Shown in pieces: positions 54,486 through 64,000 of a stretch of DNA of 64,000 bases. Position 1 is the first letter of the stretch; every line of letters begins with the position of its first letter. The position numbers were made by a program, and so were the translations under genes. The notes beneath the pieces are model-generated. The model was not told where the DNA came from. It ran no database searches and saw nothing but the letters and a program-made list of their open reading frames with translations. The stretch spans positions 206,076 through 270,075 of IMG/VR virus record IMGVR_UViG_3300036770_004143, one strand, 5' to 3'.

Positions 54486-54517
54486 CAAATATATGTAACA
54501 AATTGCGAATTACCAAA
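54486..54517 (-). promoter_or_regulatory. Bacteroidota sigma70 promoter
   Basis: TTTG-N20-TATATTTG. Confidence 0.75.
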
Positions 54518-55109
54518 TATTTTTCATCTTCATATAACCAAGAACTGCTGTGTAAGCATCTGTTTGGTCAAAGTTTTCTTTCTTTAATTTATTATTCTTA
54601 CTATAATGCCACTTAATTTGGGGTTCTTTCTTTGCAACCAATTCCCATATTAAGTTCTTCTTATCCACATTCTTATCATAGCCACCAAATAGAACTTCCT
54701 TACCTTTTTCATTCTTATTTGTAAGTTCAGGATAAGCAAATTTTCTTGCATTATATGTTGATATAAACTCTGGAATAATATTCAACACATCAAACACCTC
54801 TTTACAAACCAATGTGTTGAATCTCATTAAGACTCCAACTGTGTTTACATTATTGGAAGTCAATAATGGCTCTTCAATTATCACCTTTGTGATACCTATA
54901 TTTTTATATTCTTCCAATTTTATCTTGAAAAGATTTGATTTAATAATCAACTCTTCAATCTTACTACTCATTTCTGATTTTGGAATAGGTGACAAATGTG
55001 TCAACTCCAATAAGTGTTCAGAGTTGGTGTCAAATAAAGCAATACCAATTGTCTTTGTTGAAACATCCAAACCCAAAACTTTAGGTGAATTAATATCTAT
55101 TTTATTCAT
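54510..55109 (-). CDS. ruvC: RuvC-like Holliday junction resolvase
   Basis: VLGLDVSTKTIG, VIIEEP, FDQTDAY. Confidence 0.8.
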   Translation of the reverse strand: MNKIDINSPKVLGLDVSTKTIGIALFDTNSEHLLELTHLSPIPKSEMSSKIEELIIKSNLFKIKLEEYKNIGITKVIIEEPLLTSNNVNTVGVLMRFNTLVCKEVFDVLNIIPEFISTYNARKFAYPELTNKNEKGKEVLFGGYDKNVDKKNLIWELVAKKEPQIKWHYSKNNKLKKENFDQTDAYTAVLGYMKMKNIW

Positions 55110-55111
55110 TG

Positions 55112-57301
55112 TTAAAAATCCAAACTTATGTTATATTGCTGAGAACCCTGTCTTAAAGTAGGTGAACTTAGCTTGGATATAACCATAAGTTCTTTGTTGG
55201 AATTGTAAAGTCCAATTTCAGTAATGTACTTATTACCACTAGGTAAATAAGTTGGATTTGTGGAAGTCAAGAATTGTGTGTTAACCAAATTTATAGCATA
55301 CCTCATATCATATATAGTTGCAACAATCCCTGTTTGAATATTTCCATAAAAGAAATACTCGTCACCAAAATTTAATTTATTTGGTTCATTTAATTCTGGT
55401 AAATCAATAAAATTATTTAAGTTATATGATGTACCCCCAGTGTAATTTGATTCTGAAATAACAAATGTTGTTTTTGTTAATCCTGATTTTGGAATATATC
55501 CATTTACTTTTGTGGCGGCAATTTGACTTGTAAAATCAATTAGTTTCCATCCACTTGGTGTTGGCAATGAATCTGTATCTGTTCTTTGTGCCAAAATCTT
55601 AATTTGATTTGCTGAAAACCCTGATAAACTTCCATCTGAAAATAAAAAAGGAAATTCATCCCCAAACTTAACTGCAACATTCTGTGCTGTTATGGTACAC
55701 CCTGTATCTGGACCAACCATCTTTTGGTAATAATTACAATGTAATGAATTAGTATAGCCTGTTGAATCTAATCTATATGTAACCCATAAAGTCTTACCAT
55801 CCCCTGTCAAAACACCAATATCATCAGATGTATCAGTATCAAATAGATTTGGATTTATAAGGCTAACTTCTGGTGCAGGTAAAGTCCAATTTCTATTTGA
55901 TTTATATGATAAGGCTGCAACAATCTCATCATCATCAATAACAACAATCTGATTATCAGGAAAAACTCTACCAACTCTATTTAACTTACCATTAACATTT
56001 TTGTTATCATCCCATAGATTAAAGAACCTAATTCCTGGTTGATTCATATCCACATTCTTGGTTGATTTTATGAAATATGGAATACATAAACCAGTTTGAC
56101 TTGGTGGATCCACATAGAAGGTTTGTCCAATGGTTGCACCTGATGATTTATGCCACATTAATGTTGGAATATTTAATTTAAAATTCCTTGCACTATCTTC
56201 CTCTGTTGTAGGATCTGCTGGGTCATAGGGATTCATTGCAAACTTTTCCCCATATACATTATCTATGGATTGGTTTGTATAATGAATAATTGCAATTGCT
56301 TTTTGTTCCTTTGATTCAACAACAATTTTATTTAATTTTGAATCATAATAATAAACCAAACCATCAACATCATCTATTGTCTGACCTGAAGTAGAATAAA
56401 GATATTCTTTTGTTCCAAGATATGATTGAGAACCATATTTTGTATTATCCTCATATATATTTGAATCAACTCCTGCCACAGTTTGTGACCAAGGTATATT
56501 CATATTCCATACCCTTGTATCAACAGTTGCAGATGAATCACATATTGTTTCATAATTGAAAACATCGTTTGACCAATTTGGGCTTGGGGTCACACTATCA
56601 TATAGTGCAGTCATTCCTGATGGGTATATGAGACATCTTGCCAATTCACTACCAGTTGTTTTTGCAGAATATATTGGAAGGGTTCTATCCAACCCAATGG
56701 TGTAACTTCCAGCTGTCCCAGATACAGATGATTCAATTTTATATATAAGGTTGGGGAATGCATTTCTTATACTCCCACAATCACCAATACCATCATATAT
56801 TATAGAAACAAAATCCCCCACCTTTGGAACACCCACTGTTGTTGAACAACTATTTGCTGACAAAAACAAACTTGTTTGCCCTGTTATTGTTGGCATACTT
56901 GCAACATAATTAGATGAAACTGTATATGCTGAATTTGTTTGTGCTGACCATACTGTTGCCCCACTTGCAAAGAAACCTTTATCTGATGCTAAATTATAAA
57001 ACTCTTGAACAACTGATTCATTAAATGGAATTCCATAAGTTGTTCCAGTTGTCCCAGCCAAATAATATGGATATTTTACATTTTGTTTATTTACATTTAA
57101 ATTTGAACTATCATTATGTTCACAGAATGCAGGCATTAATATATTATTTGCTGCAATTGTTGTTGGACTTGAATAATCCACCTCTGAATCCCCAACTTGA
57201 AAATATGATATATTGAATTGCCCTTCTGATATTGCTTTTCTTCCAACATCAGTTATCCTTGTATTCAATAATCCTGACGTATTCTTTAATATGTAACCCA
57301 T
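55112..57301 (-). CDS. virion structural protein (baseplate/tail-associated)
   Basis: 729 aa, S/T/G-rich; C-terminal YITEIGLYN...LMVISKLSSP motif. Confidence 0.7.
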   Translation of the reverse strand: MGYILKNTSGLLNTRITDVGRKAISEGQFNISYFQVGDSEVDYSSPTTIAANNILMPAFCEHNDSSNLNVNKQNVKYPYYLAGTTGTTYGIPFNESVVQEFYNLASDKGFFASGATVWSAQTNSAYTVSSNYVASMPTITGQTSLFLSANSCSTTVGVPKVGDFVSIIYDGIGDCGSIRNAFPNLIYKIESSVSGTAGSYTIGLDRTLPIYSAKTTGSELARCLIYPSGMTALYDSVTPSPNWSNDVFNYETICDSSATVDTRVWNMNIPWSQTVAGVDSNIYEDNTKYGSQSYLGTKEYLYSTSGQTIDDVDGLVYYYDSKLNKIVVESKEQKAIAIIHYTNQSIDNVYGEKFAMNPYDPADPTTEEDSARNFKLNIPTLMWHKSSGATIGQTFYVDPPSQTGLCIPYFIKSTKNVDMNQPGIRFFNLWDDNKNVNGKLNRVGRVFPDNQIVVIDDDEIVAALSYKSNRNWTLPAPEVSLINPNLFDTDTSDDIGVLTGDGKTLWVTYRLDSTGYTNSLHCNYYQKMVGPDTGCTITAQNVAVKFGDEFPFLFSDGSLSGFSANQIKILAQRTDTDSLPTPSGWKLIDFTSQIAATKVNGYIPKSGLTKTTFVISESNYTGGTSYNLNNFIDLPELNEPNKLNFGDEYFFYGNIQTGIVATIYDMRYAINLVNTQFLTSTNPTYLPSGNKYITEIGLYNSNKELMVISKLSSPTLRQGSQQYNISLDF

Positions 57302-57318
57302 TATTCTTTTATATATAA

Positions 57319-58374
57319 TTATCTAATATGTGAATTTATTCCAGCATTACTATCAGAATTATATATCAGTTCACAACATTTACATGTATTTATTGCTGCT
57401 GACATAATCCTTATTAAGTTTTTTTGCTCAATCCTGGTTGAACATCCATTTGAACCTGTTTCAAGTTCAATGTTACTTATCACAGATGTTGTAATACCTG
57501 TCAATGTATCTCCACTAATTAGTGTTGTTGAATAGGTGATTCCTGAATAATTTGTTATATCAAGATATGGTGAACAATATGGTCTTGCAAGAGATATTGT
57601 TGATGTATTTGTATTTCCTGTTAATAATGTGTTATTCTTATACACAGATAAAGTATTTACTGTACTTGCAGTCCCAGGTTCTGAAACCCTTGTTTCCAAA
57701 TTTGCATTCAAACCAATTGTCAACACATCCCCTGTTTTAAGTGGGGGGTCTATGTTCACTTTCCAAGTTGTTTGAACAACATCATTAGATATATTTGTCT
57801 GTGATATATTCTCAACACTTAACCCATATTGATTTGCAACCCCATTAAACCCAATTGAAAATGTTTTTGATGTTGTTATTGCTGTATTTGCTGAAACAAT
57901 GATATTATAATCTCCTCCACACAAATTGCTAAATATTGGGTTTGGCGTATAAGTTACCCCATTGTTTATTGAATACAAATATGGCTTTGTTTGCCCCTTG
58001 GCGTTGGCCACAATGATACCATCACAATTTGATGAGCAAGTATTATTTGTTATGGTTGCATTCAATACAAGGGGTGTATATGCCCCACAAGAGCCTGATG
58101 TAACAATCACCTCATTCTTGGCAACCCTTCCAATTAATTTCCAGTTTGATGTTGGAAAATCTGTTTCTGTTTGATTTCTTAATGCTGAATTTTCAACACT
58201 AATCCAATTAACAACCTCCCAATATGTATTCCCTGAATTCCATTGCATAACCATATCATTATATGAGGCATTCCAATATGGTTTACCATTTACCTCACCA
58301 CCATAAATGAAATCATAAGGACCCAATTCATCATTTTCAAAGAAAACACTCAAACATAAATTGCTAACTGCCAT
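57319..58374 (-). CDS. structural protein with SprB-like repeat
   Basis: CDGIIVANAKGQTKPYLYSI. Confidence 0.6.
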   Translation of the reverse strand: MAVSNLCLSVFFENDELGPYDFIYGGEVNGKPYWNASYNDMVMQWNSGNTYWEVVNWISVENSALRNQTETDFPTSNWKLIGRVAKNEVIVTSGSCGAYTPLVLNATITNNTCSSNCDGIIVANAKGQTKPYLYSINNGVTYTPNPIFSNLCGGDYNIIVSANTAITTSKTFSIGFNGVANQYGLSVENISQTNISNDVVQTTWKVNIDPPLKTGDVLTIGLNANLETRVSEPGTASTVNTLSVYKNNTLLTGNTNTSTISLARPYCSPYLDITNYSGITYSTTLISGDTLTGITTSVISNIELETGSNGCSTRIEQKNLIRIMSAAINTCKCCELIYNSDSNAGINSHIR

Positions 58375-58376
58375 AA

Positions 58377-59474
58377 TTATTCTTTTATTAATCTAACTGG
58401 ATAAAAATCATCATAATTTGATATGAAATTTGCCCCATAAGAAACACTTGCTGAATCATAAGAGAATGAAACAATATGTTTTGTATTATCATTTGTTGTG
58501 GTGTCTGTGTTTGTCCAATAATTTCCTTTCTTCCCAATTTGTTGGAATGAACCCCTGCTAAAGAACCCAGAAGCCACCGCATCATAATTAAATTTATTCT
58601 CTGCCCCAACATTTGGTGAATCCCATGTTGAATTTGATTTTAAAACACCCCCGCTTGATACTTGACCAAATAAAGTATCATAATCTGATTTTGTTGGAAT
58701 CCTATACCCAACTGGTGCAATGTTCCTTGTATCTGTTATAGCAGCATAATTATATATATAACCCCTTGTCTGCCATGATTCACCAAATTCATAAGATGTA
58801 TATGCCGGGATTCCCTTATATGATAAGAATTCAGAAAAATTGGCAACATACTGGATGTCACTTCCATCTCTAAACTTTGTAACCTTTAAATTTCCATAAT
58901 CCCAAAATTGTGAGCCAACCTTAACTTGACCACAAGTTGTAACCCCTGTAATTAACCCCTCATCATCAACCTCATAACAATTATTATTATATTTAATTCT
59001 ATCCCAACTAGCGTCTGTAGACCAATTAATTGTTCCACTCAAACAAGCAGTTTTACCATTTGGCACTCTATATAGTCTATCACCTAATTTAAATGAATTT
59101 CCCCTAGCATAAACCAACCAGTTTGTTGTTGACCCACTACACATCTCATCACAATTTGCTACCCCGCTTATATTTCTACCTATAATAAACCTTGAACAAT
59201 AGGTTGGTAATAATTCATAATCAATAGAAATTGTAGCAACAATAACCTCATTTGTACTATCTATAACCTTTATATCATAATCCCCAGCAGATAAATTGCC
59301 AATAATATTCCCATTATTAATAGATCCATTTATAGAAATAACATAAGGAGGTAAACCCCCTGTTAAATAAAGAGATATAACCCCATCCTTCTTATTCACA
59401 CCACTTGCCTTTGTAACATCATATCTAATGTTCATTGGAAAAATGGTTGTCAATTCATTATATATTATTGCCAT
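58377..59474 (-). CDS. SprB-like repeat plus FISUMP (Fib_succ_major) domain protein
   Basis: DGVISL..TGG.PPY; QFW...NL.V, YNYAA, P.GYRIPT..DY..L, YPVRLIK. Confidence 0.75.
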   Translation of the reverse strand: MAIIYNELTTIFPMNIRYDVTKASGVNKKDGVISLYLTGGLPPYVISINGSINNGNIIGNLSAGDYDIKVIDSTNEVIVATISIDYELLPTYCSRFIIGRNISGVANCDEMCSGSTTNWLVYARGNSFKLGDRLYRVPNGKTACLSGTINWSTDASWDRIKYNNNCYEVDDEGLITGVTTCGQVKVGSQFWDYGNLKVTKFRDGSDIQYVANFSEFLSYKGIPAYTSYEFGESWQTRGYIYNYAAITDTRNIAPVGYRIPTKSDYDTLFGQVSSGGVLKSNSTWDSPNVGAENKFNYDAVASGFFSRGSFQQIGKKGNYWTNTDTTTNDNTKHIVSFSYDSASVSYGANFISNYDDFYPVRLIKE

Positions 59475-59478
59475 ACTT

Positions 59479-60885
59479 TTAACTTAAATTTAATGATACA
59501 AGACATGCCTGACAATCAACAAATGATGATGATGTGTATGATGCAAAATAATTTCCTGTATATGTTATAGGATTCACATTTGTTGGGGGTATATAAGTGT
59601 TTGAATAAATCCCAAGATATGACCAACAATTATCATCCACATCCTTTATAACTGAATTCACACTTAATGATGTCTGATAACTTTGCGTTTGTATTATTAA
59701 TGTTTGATTTTCATTTAACCCTATTGGTAAACAACTCTGAAACACATACACCATACCACTTGATGGAGTTGGGGTGTTAGTTATGGTTGGCGTAACTGTT
59801 GGTGTTGGTGTTATACTTGCACTTGGAGTTGGTGTTGGAGTTATTAAACAACTTGAACAATTTGCAATAACCTCCAGAATATCATCAATATATATATTTG
59901 AACTATTGACTGTTGTAATATCACTTGTATATTCAAAACATCTTTGTTGCCCATCAACAACAACCCTCATAGTTTGGCCAGTAACAACTGGAATACCACC
60001 AAATATCAAATCTTGATATGCATAATAAACAACCCCTGTTGAACACTCTGTTAATAATCTTGTTCCACTAAACACAAAACTCTTATCTAAAACATTATAT
60101 GTAACATTGCCAGATATAATTATATTATTGGTTGGTGTTATACTTGGTGTAGGCGAAACACTAACACTTGGATATGTATAAGTATATGCTGACATCCCCA
60201 CATTTATTGCCAAATTTCCTGTCATAGATGGAGTTGGAGTTATAGTTGGAGTTCTTGTTATAGTTGGTGTTACACTTGGAGTAGGGGTTGAAGTTAATGC
60301 CAAATCACAATTGAAATGTGCTGAGAAATCAATCACATCACATGAGGCAGGACTAGGGGTTGGGGTTGGACAAGCCCCACTAAAAACAATACCATCATAT
60401 AAATCAGGGTATGACTCTGTGTAGCAAGGGGATTTACCTGCTAACAAACAATCACCACCTAATGCATCACTTAAACACCATTGTTCCCTATCTGTATTAA
60501 AATATATAAAACCCCCTGTTTGACCTGTATAATAAACATATGTATCATACAACACATTTGCAATTGAATAATTGCCTGTGTTAGTATTTAATGTACTATA
60601 TTGAGTTGATACACAAAAGTTTTGAATGGCATCCCCTGGTATTACTTCAGGCTCAAAAGGTACTTGAAATAAGCTAATTGGGTTGGGACAATCTTCTTGC
60701 TGAATAAACACAACACCTTCTGAATTTATTATATTACCAACTTCACCATATTCAATTACCTTTGCATATGAATTAAAATTCTCACTTATTATATTAAACA
60801 CATCACCCACATTAGATTCATTTGATTCCAAATCAAATCTAAATACATCACCATTAATACAATCTCTAAATAATGTTAAACCCAT
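59479..60885 (-). CDS. Cys-rich virion protein with PT/TP mucin-like linkers
   Basis: TPTPSVTPTITRTPTITPTPS and a second PT tract. Confidence 0.7.
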   Translation of the reverse strand: MGLTLFRDCINGDVFRFDLESNESNVGDVFNIISENFNSYAKVIEYGEVGNIINSEGVVFIQQEDCPNPISLFQVPFEPEVIPGDAIQNFCVSTQYSTLNTNTGNYSIANVLYDTYVYYTGQTGGFIYFNTDREQWCLSDALGGDCLLAGKSPCYTESYPDLYDGIVFSGACPTPTPSPASCDVIDFSAHFNCDLALTSTPTPSVTPTITRTPTITPTPSMTGNLAINVGMSAYTYTYPSVSVSPTPSITPTNNIIISGNVTYNVLDKSFVFSGTRLLTECSTGVVYYAYQDLIFGGIPVVTGQTMRVVVDGQQRCFEYTSDITTVNSSNIYIDDILEVIANCSSCLITPTPTPSASITPTPTVTPTITNTPTPSSGMVYVFQSCLPIGLNENQTLIIQTQSYQTSLSVNSVIKDVDDNCWSYLGIYSNTYIPPTNVNPITYTGNYFASYTSSSFVDCQACLVSLNLS

Positions 60886-60887
60886 TC

Positions 60888-61451
60888 TTATATATTAATT
60901 AATTCCCAATTTAATGTTTCTTCATTCCAATAATAATTATCCTCATCAGTTGGGTATGGTGTTGGTGAGATATAGTAGTAATACTCCTCAGATAATTGCC
61001 AACTTTCAAAAGGTTTTTGTAATACCCAGTTAATAACATCCTCATCCCAAAAATATCTATTGTATAATTGGTATGGTTGGGGTATAAGATTAACATCTGG
61101 ATATGGTATTGGTGGATTCCACAAGCAACTAAACTCATCTAATACCCAGCTTGGATATGGTTTTGGTGGGATGAACGCATCCCTTTGTTCATCATAGGTG
61201 TAGCCAATACCAGCGTGATTCTTTCTAAACGCTTTGCTTTGGTCTTGTGATGGTACACCATTTACATAATATATACCACCATTTGTATTATAAGAAGTTT
61301 GTTTCCAAACATCATTTGTTTGGTACAAATTATTTAAAAAATCAATACCAACTTGTTCATCTTCTATGCCATTAATTGTAAATACTTCATTTACAAGTGA
61401 AACACCTTGTATTACAAAATTTTCATTATTTAATTTTACAAATGTTCCCAT
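60888..61451 (-). CDS. tail-fibre-associated conserved protein
   Basis: WKQTSYN...RKNHAGIGYTYD..RDAFIPPKPYPSW. Confidence 0.7.
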   Translation of the reverse strand: MGTFVKLNNENFVIQGVSLVNEVFTINGIEDEQVGIDFLNNLYQTNDVWKQTSYNTNGGIYYVNGVPSQDQSKAFRKNHAGIGYTYDEQRDAFIPPKPYPSWVLDEFSCLWNPPIPYPDVNLIPQPYQLYNRYFWDEDVINWVLQKPFESWQLSEEYYYYISPTPYPTDEDNYYWNEETLNWELINI

Positions 61452-61454
61452 ATT

Positions 61455-64000
61455 TTAAAAAGTTATTGAACCGCTTCCAGTAAATGTGTATATATAAAAA
61501 CTATCTGATGTTGTTGGTGTAATAACTGGAGATGTTGATTGTGCTAAAACAGTTGAACGAATAATTACAACCCCTTTACCACCAGCCCCGCCGTCACCTG
61601 CACCAGCAGCACCACCGCCACCACCACTTCCAGTATTTACTTGACCAGAAGTTCCTGCTGAATAGTCTGGGCCGCCACCGTTACCTCCTATTCCAGAACC
61701 ACCACTTCCACCAGTTCCTGCATTTCTTGTTCCACCACCACCACCACCAGCATAAAATAAGCCTGTAATTGCAGATATTAAACCAGCGCCACCATTTGCG
61801 CCAGTTGAATTTAGTACTCCATTAGAGCCTTCACTACCAGCACCACCACCACCACCACCTGATGTATTTATACCTGCAGCCCCAGAACCTCCACCGTTAT
61901 TGCCCTGACCAGCTGGACTTGCAATTGCACCAGATAATAATACTTTTGTATCTCCTCCTCCTCTTCCGCCGCCAGAACCACCAGCATTACCATTTACTTG
62001 ATTATAACTACCACCTCCACCACCACCCGTAGAGGTTATAGTAGTTAATCCAGTTCCAGAAATAGATGAATTATTACCATTGTTTCCTACAGTATTTGAA
62101 CCAGAGCTTCTTAGTGGTCCACCATCGCCAACAGTTACTGTATATGTTGTGCCTTTATTTAAAGTTAATAATGTGCCTCCAACATTTGTTTTAAAACCAC
62201 CAGCACCACCGCCACCGCCAACTCCTTCGCCACCACCACCACCACCAGCAACTACAAGATAATCAACCTCAATAGTTTCTTTAAGTTCAGGTGTTAATGC
62301 AGCCGTTGCATATTTAAATGGAGTTTCAGCAAATGCAGCATAGACATAAGTTTGCGCAGCATTTATATCTATATTTGTACTTCTTAATTTAAATCCATTT
62401 GATAAGAAATCTAAATCAGTACCAGTTGTATTTTCAGCAGCAGATGTATTAGCAAGTAATTCATTTATAACAGGGTTTCCTGTATTAACTATTGAGTTAA
62501 ATAAAACCCAGTTGCCAGTTGTGGTACTACATTTAATAAGAATATATTTAGGTTCAAACCCTGTATATACAAAAGTCCCATCTGTGGAATTGTTTCCAAG
62601 ATAAGAACCAAACTTAGAATAACCTTCAATCTCTGCCCAAGAATATGCTACTGATGTAATTGCTCCTGTTGCTGACCATGAAGATCCAATATTAAGAAGT
62701 GTTGATGTTGGTGTTCCACTAAAAAGCGTAGAATCTGATGCTTGATTAGATGTACTACTTAAAAATAAATAAGAAGTTCCACTATTTAAGTTTTTATGCC
62801 AAACACCCCAAGCTGACACATTACCTATTCGTTTAACAATATACATACTAGGGACAACACCTAAACCATGCCCAACTGTAAATGCTCCAGATGTTGGCGT
62901 TGTAAACGTGGCAATACTAAATCCAGAGGTTGGATTAACGCTAACTTGTGATGGTATTGTTCCACTATTATTTGTTACTGGTGTACCACCAGCTCTCCAT
63001 TGCCATGCAACATAAGTTGCTCCACTTGTATTTATTTCTGCTAATGTACCAACACTAAACCCAGTATCATCAAATGATGTTAATCCGCTTGTATTTGTAA
63101 TTTCCTCATTAGTATTATTTGATGATAATTGTTTGTTAACACCTCTATTAATATCATATATTGCATGAACTGTTGCTGCACTTCTACTCTTAATCCAAAC
63201 AAAATCAGGTTTAAATCCACTATTAAATATAGATTGAGCAGTACCAGTTCCAGTATATGTTGTAATATCCATATACTTATTTGCTAGATTTGATTCACCA
63301 CCACCACCTATTGCTGGTGTTGGTAAGTTAGCTGTATTTAATGTTTTAAATCCTGTTGGTGCTTTATATGTAAATGGTCTTTGACCGAAGTTGGCACTTA
63401 TAGATGGGCTACCAGCATCTTGAAATCCAATATAAGGTAATACCCCTATTGATATAATTCCTGTGCCAGATATTGTAGTTTGACTAACATTGTTTTTATA
63501 AAATGTTACAGTTTCTGCATCAGTATCTACGGCAATACCAATTATATCCCCACTAGTATAAGATGTTCCATAACTACTATTAACACCATTAATTCTTTTA
63601 CTACCATTTATTAAATAATAAATACCAGTTGTCATGTTAATTGCTGTAGTAGTTTGATTGTTATTTATAGGGATTAAACCAACACCAACACTAGTTGTGT
63701 CAGACCCTGCTGTTACTATTGTTATTTCACAATACATTTTACCTACAAAAGGCATTGTGCCAACAGCTATACAATTTATTGTACCAGCTGTCCCATTTAT
63801 TTGTAAATTTCCATTACTAAAAGTACCAAACCCAGCACCAGGATTTCTAAGTGGATTCCATGTAGCATAATTCCCCCTTACTTCACCACCAAAACCATTA
63901 TCAGTTCCATTAGGTGTTGGTACATCTGTAAGACTATCATATCCTACTCCTGGAGTTACACTAAATCCACTAGGTGTCCAGTTATTATTATTACCACTAA
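61455..64000 (-). CDS. tail fibre/adhesin (ConA/SPRY-like plus Gly-rich domains), 5'-truncated by the window
   Basis: Frame stays open from 64000 (SGNNNNWTPSGFS...); SPRY-like GDIIGIAVD; Gly-rich GGGGGG blocks. Confidence 0.8.
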   Translation of the reverse strand, partial: SGNNNNWTPSGFSVTPGVGYDSLTDVPTPNGTDNGFGGEVRGNYATWNPLRNPGAGFGTFSNGNLQINGTAGTINCIAVGTMPFVGKMYCEITIVTAGSDTTSVGVGLIPINNNQTTTAINMTTGIYYLINGSKRINGVNSSYGTSYTSGDIIGIAVDTDAETVTFYKNNVSQTTISGTGIISIGVLPYIGFQDAGSPSISANFGQRPFTYKAPTGFKTLNTANLPTPAIGGGGESNLANKYMDITTYTGTGTAQSIFNSGFKPDFVWIKSRSAATVHAIYDINRGVNKQLSSNNTNEEITNTSGLTSFDDTGFSVGTLAEINTSGATYVAWQWRAGGTPVTNNSGTIPSQVSVNPTSGFSIATFTTPTSGAFTVGHGLGVVPSMYIVKRIGNVSAWGVWHKNLNSGTSYLFLSSTSNQASDSTLFSGTPTSTLLNIGSSWSATGAITSVAYSWAEIEGYSKFGSYLGNNSTDGTFVYTGFEPKYILIKCSTTTGNWVLFNSIVNTGNPVINELLANTSAAENTTGTDLDFLSNGFKLRSTNIDINAAQTYVYAAFAETPFKYATAALTPELKETIEVDYLVVAGGGGGGEGVGGGGGAGGFKTNVGGTLLTLNKGTTYTVTVGDGGPLRSSGSNTVGNNGNNSSISGTGLTTITSTGGGGGGSYNQVNGNAGGSGGGRGGGDTKVLLSGAIASPAGQGNNGGGSGAAGINTSGGGGGGAGSEGSNGVLNSTGANGGAGLISAITGLFYAGGGGGGTRNAGTGGSGGSGIGGNGGGPDYSAGTSGQVNTGSGGGGGAAGAGDGGAGGKGVVIIRSTVLAQSTSPVITPTTSDSFYIYTFTGSGSITF

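Overview
This is a 64-kb segment of an AT-rich large dsDNA tailed phage genome (about 30% GC by eye, jumbo/T4-like gene content). Nearly all genes are on the minus strand and it uses genetic code 11. More than a dozen exact Bacteroidota sigma70 promoters (TTTG-N19/20-TAnnTTTG) point to a Bacteroidota host. From left to right: (1-9 kb) two DNA methyltransferases, seven canonical tRNAs, an HNH endonuclease, and eight tRNA-like RNAs with intact acceptor and T arms but, in most, replaced anticodon arms. (9-30 kb) Accessory enzymes, 13 tandem leucine-rich-repeat paralogues in two arrays, an RNA ligase and phosphoesterases. (30-33 kb) An HNH endonuclease directly upstream of a DHH phosphoesterase gene whose catalytic motif is split by a 9-nt stop-containing insertion; this is a candidate endonuclease plus ribosomal-bypass cassette and the top finding. 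(33-55 kb) DnaJ, a sigma70 factor, SbcC/SbcD, a PD-(D/E)XK nuclease, primase and a RuvC-like resolvase. (55-64 kb) Virion/tail genes. All calls come from manual motif reading; no database searches or folding programs were run.
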